Below, one piece after another: positions 13,401-28,400 of a stretch of DNA of 64,000 bases. The stretch is from NCBI GenBank assembly GCA_964016885.1, contig OZ024742.1:341806001-341870000 (forward strand), written 5' to 3'. The translations under genes and the position numbers were made by a program. Every line of letters begins with the position of its first letter. The first letter of the stretch is position 1. The DNA is from Eledone cirrhosa (Eukaryota). The notes beneath the pieces are model-generated. The model searched no databases. It worked only from the letters and a program-made list of their open reading frames with translations, and was not told where the DNA came from.

Positions 13401-14959
13401 AACCCTGTTTCACTCTACACGGTACATCAGTGCTCTATCGAGAGTGTTAGCTTTATAACAATATTTATTAAAACGCTGTTTCACACTACACGGTACATCA
13501 GTGCTCTATCGAGAGCGTTAGCTTCTTTACAATATTTATTAAAACCCTGTTTCACTCTACACGGTACATCAGTGTTCTATCGAGAGTGTTAGCTTCATTA
13601 CAATATTTAGTAAAACCCTGTTTCACTCTACTCGATACATCAGTGTTCTATCGAGAGTGTAGCTGCATTACAATATTTAGTAAAACCCTGTTTCACTCTA
13701 CACGGTACATCAGTGCTCTATCGAGAGTGTTAGCTTCATTACAATATTCATTAAAACCCTGTTTCACTCTACACGGTACATCAGTGCTCTATCGAGAGTG
13801 TTAGCTTCATTACAATATTCATTAAAACCCTGTTTCACTCTACACGGTACATCAGTGCTCTATCGAGAGTGTTAGCTTTATAACAATATTTATTAAAACC
13901 CTGTTTCACTCTACACGGTACATCAGTGCTCTATCGAGAGCGTTAGCTTCTTTACAATATTTATTAAAACCCTGTTTCACTCTACACGGTACATCAGTGT
14001 TCTATCGAGAGTGTTAGCTTCATTAAAATATTTAGTAAAACCCTGTTTCACTCTACTCGATACATCAGTGTTCTATCGAGAGTGTAGCTTCATTACAATT
14101 TTTATTAAAACCCTGTTTCAAGCTACACGGTACATCAGTGTTCTGTCGGGAGTGTTAGCTTCATTACAATATTTAGTAAAACCCTGTTTCACTCTACACG
14201 GTACATCAGTGTTCTATCGGGAGTGTTAGCTTCATTACGATATTTAGTAAAACCCTGTTTCACTCTACACGGTACATCAGTGTTCTATCGAGAGTGTTAA
14301 CTTCATTACAATATTTATTAAAACCCTGTTTCACTCTACACGGTACACCAGTGTTCTATCGAGAGTGTTAGCTTCATTACAATATTTATTAAAACCCTGT
14401 TTCACTCTACACGGTACATCAGTGTTCTATCGAGAGTGTTAGCTTTATAACAATATTTATTAAAACCCTGTTTCACTCTACGCGGTACATCAGTGCTCTA
14501 TCGAGAGTGTTAGCTACATTACAATATTTAGTAAAACCCTGTTTCACTCTACACGGTACATCAGTGTTCTATCGAGAGTGTTAGCTTCATTACAATATTT
14601 AGTAAGACCCTGTTTCACTCTACACGGTACACCAGTCTTCTATGGGGAGAATTAACTTCATTACAATATTTATTAAAACCCTGTTTCAATCTACACGGTA
14701 CATCAGTGTTCTATCGAGAGTGTTAGCTTCATTATAATATTTAGTAAAACCCTGTTTCACAATACACGGTATGCCAGTCTTCTATGGAGAGTGTTAACTT
14801 CATTACAATATTTATTAAAACCCTGTTTCACTCTACACGGTACATCAGTGCTCTATCGAGAGTGTTAGCTTCATTGCAATATTTATTAAAACCCTGTTTC
14901 ACTCTACACGGTACACCAGTGTTCTATCGAGAGTGTTAGCTTCATTACAATATTTATTA

Positions 14960-17900
14960 AAATCCTGTTTCACTCTACACGGTACATCAGTATTCTATCG
15001 AGAGTGTTAGCTTCATTACAATATTTAGTAAGACCCTGTTTCACTCTACACGGTACACCAGTCTTCTATGGGGAGTGTTAACTTCATTACAATATTTATT
15101 AAAACCCTGATTCACTCTACACGGTACACCAGTGCTCTATCGGGAGTGTTAGCTTTATTACAAAATTTAGTAAAACCTTGTTTCACTCTACACGGTACAT
15201 CAGTGTTCTATCGAGAGTGTTAGCTTCATTACAATGTTTAGTAAAACCCTGTTTCAATCTACACGGTATATCAGTGTTCTATCGGGAGTGTTAGCTTCAT
15301 TACAATATTTAGTGAAACCCTGTTTCACTCTACACGGTACATCAGTGTTCTATCGAGAGTGTTAGCTTCATTACAATATTTAGTAAAACCCTGTTTCACT
15401 CTACACGGTACATTAGTACTCTATCGAGAGTGTTAGCTTTATAACAATGTTTATTAAAACCCTGTTTCACTCTACACGGTACATCAGTGCTCTATCGAGA
15501 GTGTTAGCTTTATAACAATATTTATTAAAACCATGTTTCAATCTACACGGTACATCAGTGTTCTATCGAGAGTGTTAGCTTCATTACAGTATTTAGTAAA
15601 ACCCTGTTTCACTCTACACGGTACATCAGTGTTCTATCGAGAGTGTTAGCTTCATTACAATATTCATTAAAACCCTGTTTCACTCTACACGGTACATCAG
15701 TGCTCTATCGAGAGTGTTAGCTTTATAAAAATATTTATTAAAACCCTGTTTCACTCTACACGGTACATCAGTGCTCTATCGAGAGCGTTAGCTTCTTTAC
15801 AATATTTATTAAAACCCTGTATCACACTACACGGTACATCAGTGTTCTATCGAGAGTGTTAGCTTCATTACAATATTTAGTAAAACCCTGTTTCACTCTA
15901 CACCATACATCAGTGCTCTATCGAGAGTGTAGCTTCATTACAATATTTATTAAAACCCGTTTTTACACTACACGGTACATCAGTGCTCTATCGAGAGTGT
16001 TATCTTCATTATAATATTTATTAAAACCCTGTTTCAATCTACACGGTACATCAGTGTTCTATCGGGAGTGTTAGCTTCATTACAATATTTAGTAAAACGC
16101 TGTTTCACTCTACACGGTACACCAGTTTTCTATGGGGAGTGTTAACTTCATTACAATATTTATTAAAACCCTGTTTCACTCTACACGGTACATCAGTGTT
16201 CTATCGAGAGTGTTAGCTTCATTATAATATTTAGTAAAAACCTGTTTCACTATACACGGTACGCCAGTCTTCTATGGAGAGTGTTAACTTCATTACAATA
16301 TTTATTAAAACCCTGTTTCACTCTACACGGTACATCAGTGCTCTATCGAGAGTGTTAGCTTCATAGCAATATTTATTAAAACCCTGTTTCACTCTACACG
16401 GTACACCAGTGTTCTATCGAGAGTGTTAGCTTCATTACAATATTTATTAAAACCCTGTTTCACTCTACACGGTACATCAGTGTTCTATCGAGAGTGTTAG
16501 CTTCATTACAATATTTAGTAAGAACCTGTTTCACTCTACACGGTACACCAGTCTTCTATGGGGAGAGTTAACTTCATTACAATATTTATTAAAACCCTGT
16601 TTCACTCTACACGGTACACCAGTGCTCTATCGTGAGTGTTAGCTTCATTACAATATTTAGTAAAACCTTGTTTCACTCTACACGGTACATCAGTGTTCTA
16701 TCGAGAGTGTTAGCTTCATTACAATATTTAGTAAAACCCTGTTTCACTCTACACGGTACATCAGTGTTCTATCGAGAGTGTTAGCTTCATTACAATATTT
16801 AGTAAAATCCTGTTTCACACTATACGGTACATCAGTGTTCTATCGAGAGTGTTAGCTTCATTACAATATTCATTAAAACCCTGTTTCACTCTACACGGTA
16901 CATCAGTGCTCTATCGAGAGTGTTAGCTTTATAACAATATTTATTAAAACCCTGTTTCACTCTACACGGTACAACAGTGCTCTATCGAGAGCGTTAGCTT
17001 CTTTACAATATTTATTAAAACCCTGTTTCACTCTCCACGGTACATCAGTGTTCTATCGAGAGTGTTAGCTTCATTACAATATTTAGTAAAACCCTGTTTC
17101 ACTCTACACGGTACATCAGTGTTCTATCGAGAGTGTTAGCTTCATTACAATATTTATTAAAACCCTGTTTCACTCTACACGGTACAACAGTGTTCTATCG
17201 AGAGTGTTAGCTTCATTACAATATTTATTAAAACGCTGTTTCACTCTACACGGTACATCAGTGTTCTATCGAGAGTGTTAGCTTCATTACAATATTTAGT
17301 AAGACCCTGTTTCACTCTACACGGTACACCAGTCTTCTATGGGGAGTGTTAACTTCATTACAATATTTATTAAAACCCTGATTCACTCTACACGGTACAC
17401 CAGTGCTCTATCGGGAGTGTTAGCTTTATTACAAAATTTAGTAAAACCTTGTTTCACTCTACACGGTACATCAGTGTTCTATCGAGAGTGTTAGCTTCAT
17501 TACAATATTTAGTAAAACCCTGTTTCAATCTACACGGTATATCAGTGTTCTATCGGGAGTGTTAGCTTCATTACAATATTTAGTAAAACCCTGTTTCACT
17601 CTACACGGTACATCAGTGTTCTATCGAGAGTGTTAGCTTCATTACAATATTTAGTAAAACCCTGTTTCACTCTACACGGTACATTAGTACTCTATCGAGA
17701 GTGTTAGCTTTATAACAATGTTTATTAAAACCCTGTTTCACTCTACACGGTACATCAGTGCTCTATCGAGAGTGTTAGCTTTATAACAATATTTATTAAA
17801 ACCATGTTTCACTCTACACGGTACATCAGTGTTCTATCGAGAGTGTTAGCTTCATTACAGTATTTAGTAAAACCCTGTTTCACTCTACACGGTACATCAG

Positions 17901-19490
17901 TGTTCTATCGAGAGTGTTAGCTTCATTACAATATTCATTAAAACGCTGTTTCACTCTACACGGTACATCAGTGCTCTATCGAGAGTGTTAGCTTTATAAC
18001 AATATTTATTAAAACCCTGTTTCACTCTACACGGTACATCAGTGCTCTATCGAGAGCGTTAGCTTCTTTACAATATTTAGTAAAACCCTGTTTCACTCTA
18101 CACGGTACATCAGTGTTCTATCGAGAGTGTTAGCTTCATTACAATATTTAGTAAAACCCTCTTTCACTCTACACCATACATCAGTGCTCTATCGAGAGTG
18201 TAGCTTCATTACAATATTTATTAAAACCCTGTTTTACACTACACGGTACATCAGTGCTCTATCGAGAGTGTTATCTTCATTATAATATTTATTAAAACCC
18301 TGTTTCAATCTACACGGTACATCAGTGTTCTATCGGGAGTGTTAGCTTCATTACAATATTTAGTAAAACGCTGTTTCACTCTACACGGTACACCAGTTTT
18401 CTATGGGGAGTGTTAACTTCATTACAATATTTATTAAAACCCTGTTTCACTCTACACGGTACATCAGTGTTCTATCGAGTGTTCATTATAATATTTAGTA
18501 AAACCCTGTTTCACTATACATGGTACGCCAGTCTTCTATGGAGAGTGTTAACTTCATTACAATATTTATTAAAACCCTGTTTCACTCTACACGGTACATC
18601 AGTGCTCTATCGAGAGTGTTAGCTTCATAGCAATATTTATTAAAACCCTGTTTCACTCTACACGGTACACCAGTGTTCTATCGAGAGTGTTAGCTTCATT
18701 ACAATATTTATTAAAACCCTGTTTCACTCTACACGGTACATCAGTGTTCTATCGAGAGTGTTAGCTTCATTACAATATTTAGTAAGAACCTGTTTCACTC
18801 TACTCGGTACACCAGTCTTCTATGGGGAGTGTTAACTTCATTACAATATTTATTAAAACCCTGTTTCACTCTACACGGTACACCAGTGCTCTATCGTGAG
18901 TGTTAGCTTCATTACAATATTTAGTAAAACCTTGTTTCACTCTACACGGTACATCAGTGTTCTATCGAGAGTGTTAGCTTCATTACAATATTTAGTAAAA
19001 CCCTGTTTCACTCTACACGGTACATCAGTGTTCTATCGAGAGTGTTAGCTTCATTACAATATTTAGTAAAACCCTGTTTCACACTATACGGTACATCAGT
19101 GTTCTATCGAGAGTGTTAGCTTCATTACAATATTCATTAAAACCCTGTTTCACTCTACACGGTACATCAGTGCTCTATCGAGAGTGTTAGCTTTATAACA
19201 ATATTTATTAAAACCCTGTTTCACTCTACACGGTACATCAGTGCTCTATCGAGAGCGTTAGCTTCTTTACAATATTTATTAAAACCCTGTTTCACTCTCC
19301 ACGGTACATCAGTGTTCTATCGAGAGTGTTAGCTTCATTACAATATTTAGTAAAACCCTGTTTCACTCTACACGGTACATCAGTGTTCTATCGAGAGTGT
19401 TAGCTTCATTACAATATTTATTAAAACCCTGTTTCACTCTACACGGTACAACAGTGTTCTATCGAGAGTGTTAGCTTCATTACAATATTT
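14960..19490 (+). repeat. Tandem duplication of a 2271-bp (32-monomer) block
   Basis: CCCTGATTCA is at 15105 and 17376, and CACCATACAT at 15901 and 18172 (offset 2271 = 32x71-1). CTCTCCACGG is at 17031 and 19295 (offset 2264, after a 7-bp loss near 18480). Confidence 0.88.
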
Positions 19491-19499
19491 ATTAAAACC

Positions 19500-22400
19500 C
19501 TGTTTCACTCTTCACGGTACATCAGTGCTCTATCGGGAGTGTTAGCTTCATTACAATATTTTAGTAAAACCCTGTTTCACTCTACACGGTACATCAGTGT
19601 TCTATCGAGAGTGTTAGCTTCATTACAATATTTATTAAAACCCTGTTTCACTCTACCCGGTACACCAGTGTTCTATCGAGAGTGTTACCTTCATTACAAT
19701 ATTTATTAAAACCCTGTTTCACTCTACACGGTACATCAGTGTTCTATCGGGAGTGTTAGCTTCATTACAATATTTAGTAAAACCCTGTTTCACTCTACAC
19801 GGTACACGAGTGTTCTATCGAGAGTGTTAGCTTCATTACAATATTTAGCAAAACCCTGTTTCACTCTTCACGGTACATCAGTGCTCTATCGAGAGTGTTA
19901 GCTTCATTACAATATTTAGTAAAACCCTGTTTCACTCTAGACGGTACATCAATGTTCTATCGAGAGTGTAGCTTCATTACAATATTTATTAAAACCCTGT
20001 TTCACTCTACACGGTACATCAGTGCTCTATCGAGAATGTTAGCTTCATTACAATATTTAGTAAAACCCCGTTTCACTCTACACGGTACATCAGTGCTCTA
20101 TCGAGAGTGTTAGCTTTATAACAATATTTATTAAAACCCTGTTTCACTCTACAAGGTACATCAGTGTTCTAACGAGAGTGTTAGCTTCATTACAATATTC
20201 ATTAAAACCCTGTTTCACTCTACACGGTACATCAGTGCTCTATCGAGAGTGTTAGCTTTATAACAATATTTATTAAAACCCTGTTTCACTCTACACGGTA
20301 CATCAGTGCTCTATCGAGAGCGTTTGCTTCATTACAATATTTAGTAAAACCCTGTTTCACTCTACACGATACATCAGTGCTCTATCGAGAGTGTAGCTTC
20401 ATTACAATATTTATTAAAACCCTGTTTTACTCTACACGGTACATCAGTGTTCTATCCGGAGTGTTAGCTTCATTACAATATTTAGTAAAACCCTGTATCA
20501 CCCTACACGGTACATCAGTGTTCTATCGGGAGTGTTAGCTTCATTACAATATTTAGTAAAACCCTGTTTCACGCTACACGGTACATCAGTGCTCTATCGA
20601 GAGTGTTAGCTTCATTACAATATTTAGTAAAACCCTGTTTCACGCTACACGGTTCATCAGTGCTCTATCGAGAGTGTTAGCTTCATTACAATATTTAGTA
20701 AAACCCTGTTTCACGCTACACGGTACATCAGTGCTCTATCGAGAGTGTTAGCTTCATTACAACATTTATTAAAACCCTGTTTCACTCTACACGGTACATC
20801 ACTGTTCTATCGAGAGTTTTAGCTTCATTACAATATTTAGTAAAACCCTGTTTCACTCTACACGGTACATCAGTGCTCTATCGATAGTGTTAGCTTCATT
20901 ACAATATTCATTAAAACCCTGTTTCACTCTACACGGTACATCAGTGCTCTATCGAGAGTGTTAGCTTTATAACAATATTTATTAAAACCCTGTTTCACTC
21001 TACACGGTACATCAGTGCTCTATCGAGAGCGTTAGCTTCTTTACAATATTCATTAAAACCCTGTTTCACTCTACACGGTACATCAGTGCTCTATCGAGAG
21101 TGTTAGCTTTATAACAATATTTATTAAAACCCTGTTTCACTCTACACGGTACATCAGTGCTCTATCGAGAGCGTTTGCTTCATTACAATATTTAGTAAAA
21201 CCCTGTATCACCCTACACGGTACATCAGTGTTCTATCGGGAGTGTTAGCTTCATTACAATATTTAGTAAAACCCTGTTTCACGCTACACGGTACATCAGT
21301 GCTCTATCGAGAGTGTTAGCTTCATTACAATATTTAGTAAAACCCTGTTTCACGCTACACGGTTCATCAGTGCTCTATCGAGAGTGTTAGCTTCATTACA
21401 GTATTTAGTAAAACCCTGTTTCACTCTACTCGATACATCAGTGTTCTATCGAGAGTGTAGCTTCATTACAATATTTATTAAAACCCTGTTTCACTCTACT
21501 CGGTATATCAGTGCTCTATTGAGAGTGTTAGCTTCATTACAATTTTTATTAAAACCCTGTTTCAAGCTACACGGTTCATCAGTGTTCTGTCGGGAGTGTT
21601 AGCTTCATTACAATATTTATTAAAACCCTGTTTCACTCTACACGGTACATCAGTGTTCTATCGGGAGTGTTAGCTTCATTACGATATTTAGTAAAATCCT
21701 GTTTCACTCTACACGGTACATCAGTGTTCTATCGAGAGTGTTAGCTTCATTACAATATTTAGTAAAACCCTGTTTCACGCTACACGGTACATCAGTGCTC
21801 TATCGAGAGTGTTAGCTTCATTACAATATTTATTAAAAACCTGTTTCACTCTACACGGTACATTAGTGTTCTATCGGGAGTGTTAGCTTCATTACAATAT
21901 TTAGTAAAACCCTGTATCACCCTACACGGTACATCAGTGTTCTATCGGGAGTGTTAGCTTCATTACAATATTTAGTAAAACCCTGTTTCACGCTACACGG
22001 TACATCAGTGCTCTATCGAGAGTGTTAGCTTCATTACAATATTTAGTAAAACCCTGTTTCACGCTACACGGTTCATCAGTGCTCTATCGAGAGTGTTAGC
22101 TTCATTACAATATTTAGTAAAACCCTGTTTCACGCTACACGGTACATCAGTGCTCTATCGAGAGTGTTAGCTTCATTACAACATTTATTAAAACCCTGTT
22201 TCACTCTACACGGTACATCACTGTTCTATCGAGAGTTTTAGCTTCATTACAATATTTAGTAAAACCCTGTTTCACTCTACACGGTACATCAGTGCTCTAT
22301 CGATAGTGTTAGCTTCATTACAATATTCATTAAAACCCTGTTTCACTCTACACGGTACATCAGTGCTCTATCGAGAGTGTTAGCTTTATAACAATATTTA

Positions 22401-25400
22401 TTAAAACCCTGTTTCACTCTACACGGTACATCAGTGCTCTATCGAGAGCGTTAGCTTCTTTACAATATTTATTAAAATCCTGTTTCACTCTACACGGTAC
22501 ATCAGTGTTCTATCGAGAGTGTTAGCTTCATTACAGTATTTAGTAAAACCCTGTTTCACTCTACTCGATACATCAGTGTTCTATCGAGAGTGTAGCTTCA
22601 TTACAATATTTATTAAAACCCTGTTTCACTCTACTCGGTATATCAGTGCTCTATTGAGAGTGTTAGCTTCATTACAATTTTTATTAAAACCCTGTTTCAA
22701 GCTACACGGTTCATCAGTGTTCTGTCGGGAGTGTTAGCTTCATTACAATATTTATTAAAACCCTGTTTCACTCTACACGGTACATCAGTGTTCTATCGGG
22801 AGTGTTAGCTTCATTACGATATTTAGTAAAATCCTGTTTCACTCTACACGGTACATCAGTGTTCTATCGAGAGTGTTAGCTTCATTACAATATTTATTAA
22901 AACCCTGTTTCACTCTACACGGTACATCACTGTTCTATCGAGAGTTTTAGCTTCATTACAATATTTAGTAAAACCCTGTTTCACTCTACACGGTACATCA
23001 GTGCTCTATCGATAGTGTTAGCTTCATTACAATATTCATTAAAACCCTGTTTCACTCTACACGGTACATCAGTGCTCTATCGAGAGTGTTAGCTTTATAA
23101 CAATATTTATTAAAACCCTGTTTCACTCTACACGGTACATCAGTGCTCTATCGAGAGCGTTAGCTTCTTTACAATATTTATTAAAATCCTGTTTCACTCT
23201 ACACGGTACATCAGTGTTCTATCGAGAGTGTTAGCTTCATTACAGTATTTAGGAAAACCCTGTTTCACTCTACTCGATACATCAGTGTTCTATCGAGAGT
23301 GTAGCTTCATTACAATATTTATTAAAACCCTGTTTCACTCTACACGGTATATCAGTGCTCTATTGAGAGTGTTAGCTTCATTACAATTTTTATTAAAACC
23401 CTGTTTCAAGCTACACGGTTCATCAGTGTTCTGTCGGAAGTGTTAGCTTCATTACAATATTTATTAAAACCCTGTTTCACTCTACACGGTACATCAGTGT
23501 TCTATCGGGAGTGTTAGCTTCATTACGATATTTAGTAAAACCCTGTTTCACTCTACACGGTACATCAGTGTTCTATCGAGAGTGTTAGCTTCATTACAAT
23601 ATTTAGTAAAAACCTGTTTCACGCTACACGGTACATCAGTGCTCTATCGAGAGTGTTAGCTTCATTACAATATTTATTAAAACCCTGTTTCACTCTACAC
23701 GGTACATTAGTGTTCTATCGGGAGTGTAAGCTTCATTACAATATTTATTAAAACCCTGTTTCACTCTTCACGGTACATCAGTGCTCTATCGGGAGTGTTA
23801 GCTTCATTACAATATTTTAGTAAAACCCTGTTTCACTCTACACGGTACATCAGTGTTCTATCGAGAGTGTTAGCTTCATTACAATATTTATTAAAACCCT
23901 GTTTCACTCTACCCGGTACACCAGTGTTCTATCGAGAGTGTTACCTTCATTACAATATTTATTAAAACCCTGTTTCACTCTACACGGTACATCAGTGTTC
24001 TATCGGGAGTGTTAGCTTCATTACAATATTTAGTAAAACCCTGTTTCACTCTACACGGTACACGAGTGTTCTATCGAGAGTGTTAGCTTCATTACAATAT
24101 TTAGCAAAACCCTGTTTCACTCTTCACGGTACATCAGTGCTCTATCGAGAGTGTTAGCTTCATTACAATATTTAGTAAAACCCTGTTTCACTCTAGACGG
24201 TACATCAATGTTCTATCGAGAGTGTAGCTTCATTACAATATTTATTAAAACCCTGTTTCACTCTACACGGTACATCAGTGCTCTATCGAGAATGTTAGCT
24301 TCATTACAATATTTAGTAAAACCCCGTTTCACTCTACACGGTACATCAGTGCTCTATCGAGAGTGTTAGCTTTATAACAATATTTATTAAAACCCTGTTT
24401 CACTCTACAAGGTACATCAGTGTTCTAACGAGAGTGTTAGCTTCATTACAATATTCATTAAAACCCTGTTTCACTCTACACGGTACATCAGTGCTCTATC
24501 GAGTGTGTTAGCTTTATAACAATATTTATTAAAACCCTGTTTCACTCTACACGGTACATCAGTGCTCTATCGAGAGCGTTTGCTTCATTACAATATTTAG
24601 TAAAACCCTGTTTCACTCTACACGATACATCAGTGCTCTATCGAGAGTGTAGCTTCATTACAATATTTATTAAAACCCTGTTTTACTCTACACGGTACAT
24701 CAGTGTTCTATCCGGAGTGTTAGCTTCATTACAATATTTAGTAAAACCCTGTATCACCCTACACGGTACATCAGTGTTCTATCGGGAGTGTTAGCTTCAT
24801 TACAATATTTAGTAAAACCCTGTTTCACGCTACACGGTACATCAGTGCTCTATCGAGAGTGTTAGCTTCATTACAATATTTAGTAAAACCCTGTTTCACG
24901 CTACACGGTTCATCAGTGCTCTATCGAGAGTGTTAGCTTCATTACAATATTTAGTAAAACCCTGTTTCACGCTACACGGTACATCAGTGCTCTATCGAGA
25001 GTGTTAGCTTCATTACAACATTTATTAAAACCCTGTTTCACTCTACACGGTACATCACTGTTCTATCGAGAGTTTTAGCTTCATTACAATATTTAGTAAA
25101 ACCCTGTTTCACTCTACACGGTACATCAGTGCTCTATCGATAGTGTTAGCTTCATTACAATATTCATTAAAACCCTGTTTCACTCTACACGGTACATCAG
25201 TGCTCTATCGAGAGTGTTAGCTTTATAACAATATTTATTAAAACCCTGTTTCACTCTACACGGTACATCAGTGCTCTATCGAGAGCGTTAGCTTCTTTAC
25301 AATATTTATTAAAATCCTGTTTCACTCTACACGGTACATCAGTGTTCTATCGAGAGTGTTAGCTTCATTACAGTATTTAGTAAAACCCTGTTTCACTCTA

Positions 25401-28400
25401 CTCGATACATCAGTGTTCTATCGAGAGTGTAGCTTCATTACAATATTTATTAAAACCCTGTTTCACTCTACTCGGTATATCAGTGCTCTATTGAGAGTGT
25501 TAGCTTCATTACAATTTTTATTAAAACCCTGTTTCAAGCTACACGGTTCATCAGTGTTCTGTCGGGAGTGTTAGCTTCATTACAATATTTATTAAAACCC
25601 TGTTTCACTCTACACGGTACATCAGTGTTCTATCGAGAGTGTTAGCTTCATTACAATATTTAGTAAAACCCTGTTTCACGCTACACGGTACATCAGTGCT
25701 CTATCGAGAGTGTTAGCTTCATTACAATATTTATTAAAAACCTGTTTCACTCTACACGGTACATTAGTGTTCTATCGGGAGTGTTAGCTTCATTACAATA
25801 TTTAGTAAAACCCTGTATCACCCTACACGGTACATCAGTGTTCTATCGGGAGTGTTAGCTTCATTACAATATTTAGTAAAACCCTGTTTCACGCTACACG
25901 GTACATCAGTGCTCTATCGAGAGTGTTAGCTTCATTACAATATTTAGTAAAACCCTGTTTCACGCTACACGGTTCATCAGTGCTCTATCGAGAGTGTTAG
26001 CTTCATTACAATATTTAGTAAAACCCTGTTTCACGCTACACGGTACATCAGTGCTCTATCGAGAGTGTTAGCTTCATTACAACATTTATTAAAACCCTGT
26101 TTCACACTACACGGTACATCACTGTTCTATCGAGAGTTTTAGCTTCATTACAATATTTAGTAAAACCCTGTTTCACTCTACACGGTACATCAGTGCTCTA
26201 TCGATAGTGTTAGCTTCATTACAATATTCATTAAAACCCTGTTTCACTCTACACGGTACATCAGTGCTCTATCGAGAGTGTTAGCTTTATAACAATATTT
26301 ATTAAAACCCTGTTTCACTCTACACGGTACATCAGTGCTCTATCGAGAGCGTTAGCTTCTTTACAATATTTATTAAAATCCTGTTTCACTCTACACGGTA
26401 CATCAGTGTTCTATCGAGAGTGTTAGCTTCATTACAGTATTTAGTAAAACCCTGTTTCACTCTACTCGATACATCAGTGTTCTATCGAGAGTGTAGCTTC
26501 ATTACAATATTTATTAAAACCCTGTTTCACTCTACTCGGTATATCAGTGCTCTATTGAGAGTGTTAGCTTCATTACAATTTTTATTAAAACCCTGTTTCA
26601 AGCTACACGGTTCATCAGTGTTCTGTCGGGAGTGTTAGCTTCATTACAATATTTATTAAAACCCTGTTTCACTCTACACGGTACATCAGTGTTCTATCGG
26701 GAGTGTTAGCTTCATTACGATATTTAGTAAAATCCTGTTTCACTCTACACGGTACATCAGTGTTCTATCGAGAGTGTTAGCTTCATTACAATATTTAGTA
26801 AAACCCTGTTTCACGCTACACGGTACATCAGTGCTCTATCGAGAGTGTTAGCTTCATTACAATATTTATTAAAAACCTGTTTCACTCTACACGGTACATT
26901 AGTGTTCTATCGGGAGTGTTAGCTTCATTACAATATTTATTAAAACCCTGTTTCACTCTACACGGTACATCAGTGCTCTATCGGGAGTGTTAGCTTCATT
27001 ACAATATTTAGTAAAACCCTGTTTCACTCTACACGGTACATCAGTGTTCTATCGAGAGTGTTAGCTTCATTACAATATTTAGTAAAACCCTGTTTCACCC
27101 TACACTGTACATCAGTACTCTATCGAGAGTGTTAGCTTCATTACAATATTTATTAAAACCCTGTTTCACTCTACCCGGTACACCAGTGTTCTATCGAGAG
27201 TGTTACCTTCATTACAATATTTATTAAAACCCTGTTTCACTCTACACGGTACATCAGTGTTCTATCGGGAGTGTTAGCTTCATTACAATATTTAGTAAAA
27301 CCCTGTTTCACTCTACACGGTACACCAGTGTTCTATCGAGAGTGTTAGCTTCATTACAATATTTAGCAAAACCCTGTTTCACTCTTCACGGTACATCAGT
27401 GCTCTATCGAGAGTGTTAGCTTCATTACAATATTTAGTAAAACCCTGTTTCACTCTAGACGGTACATCAATGTTCTATCGAGAGTGTAGCTTCATTACAA
27501 TATTTATTAAAACCCTGTTTCACTCTTCACGGTACATCAGTGCTCTATCGGGAGTGTTAGCTTCATTACAATATTTTAGTAAAACCCTGTTTCACTCTAC
27601 ACGGTACATCAGTGTTCTATCGAGAGTGTTAGCTTCATTACAATATTTATTAAAACCCTGTTTCACTCTACCCGGTACACCAGTGTTCTATCGAGAGTGT
27701 TACCTTCATTACAATATTTATTAAAACCCTGTTTCACTCTACACGGTACATCAGTGTTCTATCGGGAGTGTTAGCTTCATTACAATATTTAGTAAAACCC
27801 TGTTTCACTCTACACGGTACACGAGTGTTCTATCGAGAGTGTTAGCTTCATTACAATATTTAGCAAAACCCTGTTTCACTCTTCACGGTACATCAGTGCT
27901 CTATCGAGAGTGTTAGCTTCATTACAATATTTAGTAAAACCCTGTTTCACTCTAGTCGGTACATCAATGTTCTATCGAGAGTGTAGCTTCATTACAATAT
28001 TTATTAAAACCCTGTTTCACTCTACACGGTACATCAGTGCTCTATCGAGAATGTTAGCTTCATTACAATATTTAGTAAAACCCCGTTTCACTCTACACGG
28101 TACATCAGTGCTCTATCGAGAGTGTTAGCTTTATAACAATATTTATTAAAACCCTGTTTCACTCTACAAGGTACATCAGTGTTCTAACGAGAGTGTTAGC
28201 TTCATTACAATATTCATTAAAACCCTGTTTCACTCTACACGGTACATCAGTGCTCTATCGAGAGTGTTAGCTTTATAACAATATTTATTAAAACCCTGTT
28301 TCACTCTACACGGTACATCAGTGCTCTATCGAGAGCGTTTGCTTCATTACAATATTTAGTAAAACCCTGTTTCACTCTACACGATACATCAGTGCTCTAT

